Source: Raja brachyura
Taxonomy: Eukaryota
Reading direction: 5' to 3'
NCBI GenBank assembly: GCA_963514005.1
Contig: OY740792.1
Span: forward strand, 42,780,001 to 42,844,000
DNA length: 64,000 bases
The translations under genes and the position numbers were made by a program. A model generated the notes under the pieces. That model did no database searches. It was not told where the DNA came from and saw only the letters and a program-made list of their open reading frames with translations. Each line of letters begins with the position of its first letter. Positions within the stretch are counted from its first letter, which is position 1. Shown in pieces: positions 11,715 through 22,520 of this stretch.

Positions 11715-12654
11715 GTAGGTCCATCTTTATTATTCTGGAACTTTTATTTAACTCGACAATGGAGTCACTTCATACAAATAGAGAAACAATGTGTGTAAAC
11801 AGGACCAAATTAAAAGTGTCCTGGACTGAAACTAATAGGGAAACGTGAGCTCAGGTTTAGGATTAGATTTAAGTCTATTATTGCCACAAGTACCAAGGTA
11901 AGTTGGTTTGCAGTGCAAAGATTTTTTTTAGAGGGTCGGAGGAGTAAACAGTCCAGTGTAGCACAACGCACTAGCAAAAAGGTGATTGAATCGTTCAGTA
12001 CAATGGATAAAATAGGCCGGGTCACGGTGCTGACGAGGAGAAAATTTAACTTAGTTTGATAAATCAAATTGCTCAATTTTTTTCCCCCTTCCATTCAAGG
12101 TAACATGTATCTTCTGCACAGAAAGAAAGACCATAACATTTAAAAGCAGAAGTATTTTAAAGCATTGATATTGTACGCACATAATAGTTCAAGCTGCGCT
12201 ATTAACTGCTGTATGTGAGAGAAATAGATCGAGTAAACGCACAGAGTCTCGTGCTCAGAGTAGGTGAATCGAGGACATGGGTTTAAGGTGAAGGGGGAAA
12301 TATTTAATAGGAATCTGGGAGGTAACATTTTCACACAAAGGGTGGTGGGTGTTGGTAAGTTAGGCCAAAGGGTCTGTTTCCATGTTCTGTGAATCTAGGA
12401 CTCTTTTAATTTAGGTTTTAACTCTTTTGGGGTGCGTACCATCACAAAGGAAGGACTGGATATGAGAGATTACAGTTCTGTGGATGCTGTTTAAATGCTG
12501 TTTTTAAAAAAGTACTGGAGTATTATAGAATCAGATCAGTCTCTGTAAATAGTAATGTTTGAACCCATTATAAAATACTGGCTATACCTAACTGGAACAG
12601 TATGTCAAATTCTGAGCAAGGAACAACAGCACAGTTGTGAAATCTTGAGGAAGA

Positions 12655-13452
12655 CACACTGAAGACACTGAAGACACACTCCATTATTATCTAAATGGAG
12701 GCCGATTAGGAAAAGGGGAGATGCAGCGCGACCTGGGTGTCATGGTACACCAGTCATTGAAAGTAGGCATGCAGGTGCAGCAGGCAGTGAAGAAAGCGAA
12801 TGGTATGTTAGCTTTCATAGCAAAAGGATTTAAGTATAGGAGCAGGAAGGTTCTACTTCAGTTGTATAGGGTCTTGGTGAGACCACACCTGGAGTATTGC
12901 GTACAGTTCTGGTCTCCAAATCTGAGGAAGGACTTTATTGCCATAGAGGGAGTGCAGAGAAGGTTCACCAGACTGATTCCTGGGATGTCAGGACTGTTTT
13001 ATGAACAAAGACTGCATAGACTCGGTTTATACTCTCTAGAATTTAGGAGATTGAGAGGGGATCTTATAGAAACTTACAAAATTCTTAAGGGGTTGGACAG
13101 GCTAGATGCAGGAAGATTGTTCCCGATGTTGGAGAGGTCCAGGACAAGGGGTCACAGCTTAAGGATAAGGGGGAAATCCTTTAGGACCGAGATGAGAAGG
13201 ACTTTTTTCACACAGAGAGTGGTGGGTCTCTGGAACTCTCTGCCACAGAGGGTAGTTGAGGCCAGTTCATTGGCTATATTTAAGAGGGAGTTAGATGTGG
13301 CCCTTGTGGCTAAGGGGATCAGAGGGTATGGAGAGAAGGCAGGTACGGGATACTGAGTTGGATGATCAGCCATGATCATATTGAATGGCGGTGCAGGCTC
13401 GAAGGGCCGAATGGCCTACTCCTGCACCTAATTTCTATGTTTCTATGTTTCT
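12655..13452 (+). mobile_element. CR1 LINE, young 5'-truncated copy
   Basis: Uninterrupted 211-aa ORF2 C-terminus (RPHLEYCVQFWSP), (tttctatg)n tail, TSD aggaaga at 12648-12654 and 13453-13459. Confidence 0.93.
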
Positions 13453-14137
13453 AGGAAGATTTATTAGAAATGAGCAGCACTTTCTTTTAAGACAAGAAGG
13501 TGCAAGTTCACATATAATGGTTCAAGCTGACTGCTGTATACCAATTTAATGTTTAACTTTTTTAGGGTGCACATCGCCAAAAAGGAAGGACTGGATATGA
13601 GAGATTAGAGTTATGTGGATAGTTTAGAAAAAATGGGGCTGTTCTCTTTAAGCCAAAGAAGATTGAGAGGAAACCTTATTTAGGCATTCAGATTTATTAC
13701 GAGTCTAAATAGGAGATGGAAGGTCAATCTGTTTTTTTGGAAAAGAGATTTAAATCTTAACAGAGATTTAAATTGATTGGTAAAAGAACGCAAGAGACAA
13801 AAGATAAAATATTTTTGCATGGAGCAGTAGTTCTGATCTGGCAAGAAATGAACAGAGAGGTGGTGGAAGCAAATTCCACCACAAAGGATTGGGTAAATGC
13901 AAAAAAATGGCTAAAAGGGGAAATGGGAGAAAAGCTATAAGACGGATGGAGTATTTGAACAAAAGGCCAGGCCAGCATGTCGGGTTCAATGGCCTCCTTC
14001 TATACTGTAATGATTTTAGTGTGTCTTATTTTTAGGCGATCTGTGAGTCTAGGGTCTGTGAGCAGGTTAGTTTGTGTGGAACAAAGGGTTTAGTAACATG
14101 TTATAGTGTTAACTACAAGATCTGCATTGAAGACTTA

Positions 14138-15328
14138 GGCCCGTATTCTACAAATTTTTTTAAACCCAACAGCAGGTTTAACTGCAATTTAGACCCGACG
14201 GCGGGTTTAAATCCCTGATATTTAGACTAAAATCTAAGTTGTCTTTCTACTAATCGCCAAAGCTTAGACTGACCTTAGACTAGAGTCTAGCTTGCCGCAC
14301 CATTTAAACCCAGCAGGGGGGCAAGTTTGAGGAAGGTTTAAGCTCGCTACGGATAGAAAAAATGGCTGTTCATGTTGAATTCTATAGTGTGTTTGTGTCT
14401 TTTTAAAAAAAATTTATTTTATAGTGATTTATGGTAATCAACATTTTCTCAGAAAAATTTACTTTTAATGTCAGTTAAACAAAAGACGGGATAGGATTTT
14501 TTTTAAAGAGAAATTATTTCATTGTCTATGTAGGAACTTTCCAACTAATGCATGGTGATGATGCAGGTTTATCACAGCCATCTATGTCACGTATAGTCCA
14601 GGAGATGTCATCCCACAGAGCCCAATGGAGAAGAAGCTATATCTCCTTCCCATCAACTCCCCAGCAAGTTCATGACACACAAAATGCTTTCTGCCAGTAT
14701 TGCCGCTTTCCTGGCATGATAGGGGCAATTGGATGCACACATGTCCCAATCAGAAGTTCAGGTGGGGACCTCGCTTAGAGGTTTGTCAATCGGAAGGGCA
14801 GATATTCTGTGAATGTACAGGTAAATGTAAATGTTGAAATCATTTTATTTCTGAGAAATATTGAATGAAATCCTTTCAAATATTTCTCAATTCATTGTTT
14901 TACATTAGAAAATGTAGTTGTCCAAAACAAGAGAAATGTGTCATAGCACCTTTTTTTCTCGATAATTGCAATTTTATCGACTAGTAACGTCAGGAGAAAG
15001 TCTTTCTCGCTGGCATCCCAGTTTCCTTTACGCTGTTTCTTTTTGTTAGCCATGTTGAAGTTGTCCTCTGCTCATGCTTCTGCTATTGCATTGTATATGT
15101 GCAGTACAAGCAGACATCGTCACCATGGCAACTAAAACGCGGCCTAACTTTAGACTCAACAAAAACCAAAGTCTAAAGTTAGACTCGCCTTCGATTTTAG
15201 TCTAACTAAACCTCGCTACCAGAATACCAAACTTTTCTTAAACCGAGCGTCGGGTTTAGTTAGACCGCGCGGCAGGTTTAAGGTGAGTTTAAGGAAAGTC
15301 TAACTTTGCAATTAGTAGAATACAGGCC
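14138..15328 (+). mobile_element. PIF/Harbinger DNA transposon, deletion derivative with remnants of both genes
   Basis: TIRs ggcccgtattctac / gtagaatacaggcc, TTA left flank. + strand HARBI1-like transposase exon at about 14534-14820 (GLSQPSMSR...FPGMIGAIGCTHVPI...FVNRKGRYSVNVQ, one stop) bounded by AG/GT. - strand Myb/SANT-like start at 15053 (MANKKKQRKGNWDASEKDFLLTLL). Confidence 0.88.
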
Positions 15329-15344
15329 ATAGTGTCTACCATTT

Positions 15345-16095
15345 GTGTAGGAAGGAGCTGCTGATGCTGGTTTACACTGAAGATAGATGCAAAATGTTGG
15401 AGTAACTCAGCAGGACAGGCAGCATCTCAGGAGAGAAGGAATGGGTCGAAACCCTTCTTCAGACATGTCAGAGGAGTGGGCGGGACAGAGGTAGTTGGAG
15501 ACAGTAAGACTGGTAGGAGAACTGGAAAGGGGGAGGGGATGGAGAGAGAGGAAAAGCAAAAGTTACTTGAAGTCAATGTTCATACCGCTGTAGTGTAAGC
15601 TACCCAAGCAAAATATGAGGTGCTGTTCCTCCAATTTGCACTGGGTCCCACTCTGACAATGGAGGAGGCATTGGACAGAAAGGTCAGATTGGGAATGGGA
15701 GGGGGAGTTAAAGTGCTGAGCAACCAGGAGATCAGGTCGGTTTAGGCGGAGTGAGTGGAGGTGTGCAGTGAAATGATCGCCGAGCCTCCGCTTGGTCTCG
15801 CTGATATACAGGAGTGGTCACCGGGAACAGCGGATACAGTGGAGGAGGTGCAAGTGAACCTCTGCCTCACCTGAAAAGACTGTCAGAGTCCTTGGACGGA
15901 GTCGAGGGGGGAGGTAAAGGGACAGGTGTTGCATCTTCTGTGGTTGCAGAGGAAAGTACCTGGGGAGGGCGTGGTTTGTGTTGATCAGGAGGGAACGATC
16001 TCTGCATAAAGTAGAAAGGGGTGAAGACAGGAAGATGTGGCTAGTAGTGGGACCCCGTTGGAGGTGGCAAAAATGTCGGAGGATTATGTGCTGTT
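15345..16095 (-). mobile_element. Penelope-like element fragment (older, frameshifted)
   Basis: Homologous to 10752-11330 (atgaggtgctgttcctccaa..., agcctccgcttggtctc..., ggtgaacctctg) plus pLTR tail. Confidence 0.85.
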
Positions 16096-17131
16096 CACCA
16101 GGGAGTTGTGGATATCTCCTACACAAGATAACAAATGATCTCCACAACCTCTTAAATTTCAACTTGCTAGGGCTAAAGTGCACTACTACAATATACGAGC
16201 CCAATGAATTATGTGATGTTCATTTGAAGAGATTTGTATTTAAGCATCTGTTAAGTGCAGGTAATATCTGCCCATGGAGTGAATTTCAGAGGCATAAAGC
16301 AACATGCCAGCACTACTGTAGAGAGTATTTTATTACTAAATGGAAATAATCTCCAAGGTATATATAGATATAAATTATTAGAGATATCTGCGGTTTTCAA
16401 TTGAAATGAAAGCTTAAGAGAAGTGACTGTGGCTGAGTTTGATGTATTACTTGGTTTACATTAAACCTTCAACATCAGCATCTCGTTGTCTACATTGAAT
16501 TTAATATAAAGCATTCAGACAGGTATGTCCAAATACATTATGTACATGCACACAGCATCAGATAAATCCTAACAGTCAGTGTTTCACTAAACTACTAGTC
16601 CATACTTCATTTAGAATTACATAGTCATACAGCACAGAACTAGACCCTTCAACTCAGCTCATCTATACCGATCAAGATGCCTGATCTAAGCTAGTTCAGT
16701 TTACCCATGTTTCCCCCATATCCCTATAAACATTTCCTATCCAAGTACCTGTCCAAATGACTTTTAAATGCTGTGATAGTACCAGTCTCAACTACCTCCT
16801 CTGACAGCTCGTTCCAAATGCCCACCACCCTCTGTATGTTAAAATTGCCCCAAACTTTTTTTTTCTCTCTTTTCTCTAAGGGAGACTCATAGGGGCACCC
16901 TATGAGTCTCCCTTTTTAAAGACTGGTTGATTCTGCTTCCATCATCCTAACTGACAATGGATTCTGGATCCTAACTGCTCTCAGATCAGGTCAACCAGAG
17001 GTTGAGGGGAGATATGTTAGCATATTTAAAATTGAGAGGCATAGGTAGGGGAGACAGTACCTTTCCTCAAGGTGGAAATGTCAAAGACTAGAGGGCATCA
17101 TTTAACGTGAGAGGGGTAAGATTTAGAAGAG

Positions 17132-17530
17132 ACTAGACCAAGTGGGACCCGTTGCTAGAGAGGGGGGGTAGAGAGGGAGGGGGACGGGGGTAGAGAGGGA
17201 GAGGGAGGGAGTGGTGATTGAGGGGTAGGGGCGCGAGGCGTCACAGGGGAGAGACCATCCCCTGAGAGACCATCAGCGAGACCATCTTGTTTATTTTCTA
17301 AATTATTTGAGATTTGTGAACATTTTCATAAAGAACTCTAGAAATAATGCATGAAATTTTCATATAAGGCGATTTTGACGTCATGGCATAAATCTCTATC
17401 GGAATATGTAAACATTTCACCGTTAGCGCGCCATGCGCGCATAATGAATGCCATGCACGCGTCCCGACGCACGCGTGACGTGAAAATGATGTCGTGAAAA
17501 TGACGCGCAAATTACGCCCAAGTGGGACTT
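17132..17530. repeat. Unclassified interspersed repeat starting actagaccaagtgggacccgttg
   Basis: Purine-rich block, gagaccatc triplication, CpG-rich end. ccaagtgggac occurs at both ends. Class (possibly Helitron-type) not determinable. Confidence 0.35.
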
Positions 17531-18284
17531 TGGAGTGTCGGAGGAAATCGGATCATAGGGAGAACAAGCGAAATCCGTACTGACAGCACCCGTCATCATG
17601 AACGAACCCGGGTCTCTGGCGCTGTAAGGCAACAACACTACTGCAGTGGCACTGTGCCGCCCCAATGATCCGGAACACTTTTATCAACATCCCTTCCAGG
17701 TCCTTTATGCTCCAAAGATATTAACTACATCTTCTCCATTTTAGAGGATGAGGTGCAGGAAATTAATTCTAGTTTCATTTTGATAGAAGCATCGTGCTAT
17801 GACCAACACTTTAGCATGACAGGGATCTGCAATAACAAAGGATGGGAGTTTTAGATGTGGGATGAGAGAACTGGAACTTAACCACTAAAGCTCAGCAGAC
17901 ACTTTTTCCAATGGTATCAGGTTCCATTTGTTGGGGCTTTCAGCATCAAACAACTATAGGCTCGCTAAGCTAGCTGATTAAAACATTATAGAAACAAGGA
18001 ACTGCAGATGCTAGTTTAAACTTTTCCTCCAGCCCGACCTGAAAGGTCACTCATTCTTTTTTCCCCACAGCTGCTGCCTGACCCGCTGAGTTATTCCAGC
18101 ACTTTTTCCGCAGAGATGCTGCCTGACCCGCTGAGTTATTCCTGCACTTTGTGTCTATCTTTGATCGACAAATTAGACTCAAAAGCAAATCAGGGAATAA
18201 AAATTTAAGGGGATGATCAGAATAATCTCTGGAAAATAGGCAGAGACCCACATTACAAATTTCATACTGAATTATTAGCTCTTG

Positions 18285-18590
18285 TTTAGTTTTGAGATAC
18301 AGCGCAGAAATTGGCCCTTCGGCCCACCGAGTCCGCGCCAACCAGCGATCCCCGTAGAGTAACCCTATCCTACACACAATAGGGACAATTTACAATTTTT
18401 ACCACAGCTAATTAACCTACAAAAGCGCACATCTTTGGAGTGTGTGAGGAAACTAGAACACCTGGAGAAAACCCACGCAGATCACGGGGAGAATATAGAA
18501 AATCCAGACAGACAGCACCTGTAGTCAGGATTGAAGCCAGGTCTCTGGTGCTGTAAGGCAGCAACTCTACGGCTGTGCCTCCGTGCTGTC
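18285..18590 (-). mobile_element. V-SINE copy
   Basis: Full head, V-domain and tail on the minus strand. Confidence 0.8.
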
Positions 18591-18789
18591 TCACTGGTCC
18601 CTCTATGGATTTAGAACAATTCTCCTGTTTGCCCGTCTTCTGTAAAGACTCCAGTCTAGTGAAATTCTCCAGATGCACACACACATAAAGGAAAGCGAAA
18701 AGGGACCAGGGATGGCCTTTACTCTCAAGATCTGGATGTGGTGGTGCAAAATGTTCTATCACCGCAAGCGTATGCTAACACCTTTAATT

Positions 18790-18970
18790 GGACTTCGCTG
18801 GACTTTATCTTGCACTACCCATGATTCCCTAATGCCGTATCTGTACACTGTGTGTGACTTGATTGTAATCATGTATAGTCTTTCCTCTGACTGGATTGCA
18901 CGCAACAGAAAAGGTTTTCATTGTACCTTGGTACATGTGACAATAAACTAAACTAAACTAAAAGAAAACT
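18790..18970 (+). mobile_element. LINE 3' tail (Rex1/L2-like) ending gtgacaataaactaaactaaa
   Basis: The same tail recurs in minus orientation at about 230-320, 7095-7500, 33310-33560, 33860-34190 and 56880-57130, and in plus orientation at about 60560-60620. Family assignment is tentative. Confidence 0.55.
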
Positions 18971-19379
18971 AAACAATCATGTTAAACCAATTGTGGGATA
19001 AGGTGGAAGTGCGATGTGAGGTAGAAGAATCAGTGGGCATTAGGTTGGGTAATGTGCCTGTTTTGATTCAAAGGCTGAGAGCATGTGAAAGCTGTGTGTG
19101 AGGCCTGCAGTAGTGTGTGGGAGTGTGGGCCCGTCAGACCCACATTCTGATCACACATCATACCGTGTGGTGTCTACTGCTCCAAATTCAACGTTAGCTT
19201 CACACACTGGTCAAAACATTACAACCCAAATGCTCACCTGACTACAAGAAGTCAAGTCAAGTCAAGAGAGTTTATTGTCATGTGTCCCAGATAGGACAAC
19301 GAAATTCTTCCTTGCTGCGGCACAACAGAATATTGTAGGCATAAATACAGAACAGATCAGTGTGTCCATATACCATAGA

Positions 19380-19410
<31 letters not shown>

Positions 19411-19780
19411 TAAACACACAAGGCCATTCAAATGCTTTACCTCACTGGCACACACTACAGGTCTCACATCTTACAGCTTGCGTATGCACCCAGCTTTTGA
19501 GCCAGGACAGGCACATTGCCAAACCTGACACCCACTGGTCCATCTTTCTCACATCGCATGATTATACAAGATGAGCAGACAATCCTTGACAGAGTATGCC
19601 TTAACAAGAAGCTGCAGAAGGGTTCCGGCCTGAAATATCACCCAACCTTTTTCTCCAGAGATGTTTTCTGACCCACTGAGCTTCCCCAGCACTTTGTGCC
19701 GATGTAAAGAACCCCATATGCTGGTTTATACCAGAGAATCCACGCCGGCCACTGATCACCCGTTCACACTAGTTCTATGT

Positions 19781-19916
19781 TGTTAAAGAAGGAACTGCAG
19801 ATGCTGGAGAATCGAGGGTTACGTCTGAAGAAGGGTCTCAACCCGAAACGTCGCCTATCTCCTTCGCTCCTTAGATGCTGCTGCACCCGCTGAGTTTCTC
19901 CAGCTTTTTGTGTAAC
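19781..19916 (+). mobile_element. Penelope pLTR fragment with inverted 5' piece, inserted in a V-SINE
   Basis: Flanked by the 17-bp duplication cacactagttctatgtt. Contains CTGAAGAAGGGTCTCAACCCGAAACGTC. Confidence 0.75.
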
Positions 19917-20164
19917 CCACACTAGTTCTATGTTATCCCACTTTTCCACTCCCCACATGCTAGGGGCAATTTATAGTCCAATTAACCTACAAAGCCACAC
20001 ATATGTGTGTCCTAATTAATATTACACTACCTTTTGCTCTTCCATTACAGCATGGAAATGACCAACCCATTTTCAAAGTGAAATCCTTAGCCAATGCTTC
20101 AGTGTCCCAGCCTATCCCAGATCTACACAGGCCGAGGAGAAGTCGAGCAAATTGAGTTGTATAG

Positions 20165-20600
20165 TTTAGTTTGTTGTCTGGAAAGACATGAGCGGTGAGG
20201 AGTCGGTTCCAGCCGCCGAAGCGGCTAGACCCGACTCCTCATGTCCTTCCGCTATTTCCTTATGGGAAAGTGCAAATTTCCGGTCTGGTACATGTTGAGG
20301 TGGGGGAAGTTGATCATTTATGAATTCAATTTCATACCCCTGAATACTTTGTAAAATAAACGAGTCTGAAGTCATAGAGCGCCATGCATCCCAGAATAGA
20401 CGTAACCTTCCACCAACTTGTGAGATTAAACATGCAGCACTTGCATGAGAACCAGGCCCCCTTACCTCCATGGTTACCGGCGGGGCCTGACATTCTGGGC
20501 TTTGGTGTTCCGTTGTGTTGCTGGATTGTGGGGTTGGCTCTCACAAGAGCCTAACAATTAAGTTGGATGGACCTTGTAGAAAGAGTGGCATAGGATGTCT
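20165..20600 (-). mobile_element. DIRS-like (tyrosine-recombinase) retrotransposon fragment
   Basis: Peptide VGGRLRLFWDAWRSMTSDSFILQSIQGYEIEF matches the characteristic N-terminus of DIRS1-type pol ORFs (VGGRLxxFxxxW...GYxIEF). Confidence 0.7.
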
Positions 20601-20610
20601 AATGACCACT

Positions 20611-22520
20611 TGGGGCAGCACAGTGGCGCAGCAGTAGAGTTGCTGCCTTATGGCACCAGAGACCTGTGTTTGATCCTGACTACGGGTGCTGTCGGTATGG
20701 AGTTTGTACGTTCTCCCTGTGACCAGGTGGGTTTTGTCCAGGTGCTCTGGTTTATTCCCACACTCCAAAGACGTACAGGTTTGTAGCTTATTTGGCTTTG
20801 GTAAAATTGTATATTACTTCTGGGCGGTTCAGATTAAGAATATGAATTTTTGGTTGGTAAATATGGATCAGGAACCAGCTTGGCTAAAAATGGAAAAGGA
20901 AGACTGTTTACCTTTCGATACAAGTTCGATTCTCCTTGCTCCAAGGGAGGTACAAAAAAAAAATTATAGGGAAAATCCTATAATCTATAGCAATAGACGT
21001 ATTTGGAAACAAATAGTTAAGACTCTACATTTGGATAATATGTCGCTTTGCTTACCAATTATGAATAATCCTTTATTTAAACCCTCTATATTGGATAAGG
21101 GGTTTAGACAATGGAAAACATTAGGAATTATAAGGATAGAACACCTTTACAGGAAAGGGAAATTTCTCTCATTTCATGAGTTAAAAGATATCTATGGATT
21201 GCACCCAAATAACTTGTTTAGGTATTTACAAATTAGAGATTATATCAAATCAAACATGCAAGATTATAAAAATAGAGAACTAGGATTATTGGATGAAGTG
21301 CTCAACAAGCACCCAAATACAGAAAAACTAATAGCATACATATACAATACTCTTTTGGATAGGGAAATTCCAACAACAGAATCATACCGACAAATATGGG
21401 AAAATGAAACAGGCTTATCTATATTAAAAGACACTTGGGAAGAAAGTCTACAACGTATATACCGTTGTTCGTTAAATGCCAGACATACCTTGATCCAATT
21501 CAAAGTATTACATAGATTACATTATTCAAAAACAAAATTAAATAGAATTTTTCCTAACATCTCCCCTATTTATGATAAATGTCAGAACTGAGAAGCTAAT
21601 TTAACGCATAGTTTTGTAACATGTATAAAACTGTTATTGGACTGAAATTTTTAAAATAATTTCTATAGTTCTTAAGATTAAATTGGATCCTGACCCAAAG
21701 CTAATAATATTAGGAGTTTCAGATTCAAATCAAATATTTACAGTAAATCAAAGAAATTGTCTTGATTACTGTTTGATAATTGGTAAAAAATTAATATTAA
21801 AATTCTGGAAGGGAACATTATCCCCCACAATTAAAATGTGGACAGTGGAAATGTTGGAGACGCTGCATTTGGAGAGAATCAGGTTTGTCCTAATGGACAA
21901 ATATGAACTTTTTGAACAAATATGTCTCCATTCACTGATTATATGAAGGGGTAGCTGAGCTCAGCATTGTAACTCAATAAATACCCGGTGGTAGGATTAG
22001 ATGAAAAGATCTATTCTGAGATTTGTATACACGTCTCTATAGATATTGTTATGTGAAATTGTTCCATTCATTGTTAAGATGTATACATCATTTTAAAAAA
22101 ATATATAATAATTGTTCGCTTGTATTTTTTTAAAATTATTTTTATTGTTTGTTTTTTTTATTTGAATTTTTTTAATTTTTTAAAAAATATAATCATAATC
22201 AATTTTATTTAATCACAATCTTCATTGATTATACACCTATTCTTTCACCTCTTTACTTTCTTTACTTTCTAAAAAAAAGCTTATATAAATCATTCCGTAA
22301 TATTAGTATAACTTTTGAAACAAGTTAAATGTGTATTTGAAAAACTGTTATATCATTGGCAATATGCATTGCTTCTAATAAAAATATTTTAAAAAGCAAA
22401 AAAATTGTAAATTGTCCCTGAAGTGTAGGATGGTGCTAGTGAAAGGGGTGATCGTTGGTCAGCATGGACTCAGTTGGCTGAAGGGCCTGTTTCCAAGCTG
22501 TATCTCTAAAGTCTAAAGTC
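20611..22520 (+). mobile_element. V-SINE split by an L1 insertion
   Basis: SINE head and V-domain at 20611-20811, SINE tail resumes at 22401-22520. Confidence 0.8.
20812..22400 (+). mobile_element. L1-type LINE 3' fragment
   Basis: ORF2 C-terminus (NLFRYLQIRDY, IQFKVLHRLHY, zinc-knuckle remnant), AT-rich 3' UTR, AATAAA and A-tail, TSD aaaattgta at 20803-20811 and 22401-22409. Confidence 0.9.

Noticed and set aside
20686-21591. 301-aa ORF, the longest in the window
   Set aside because: Chance fusion of a V-SINE to an inserted L1 ORF2 fragment.
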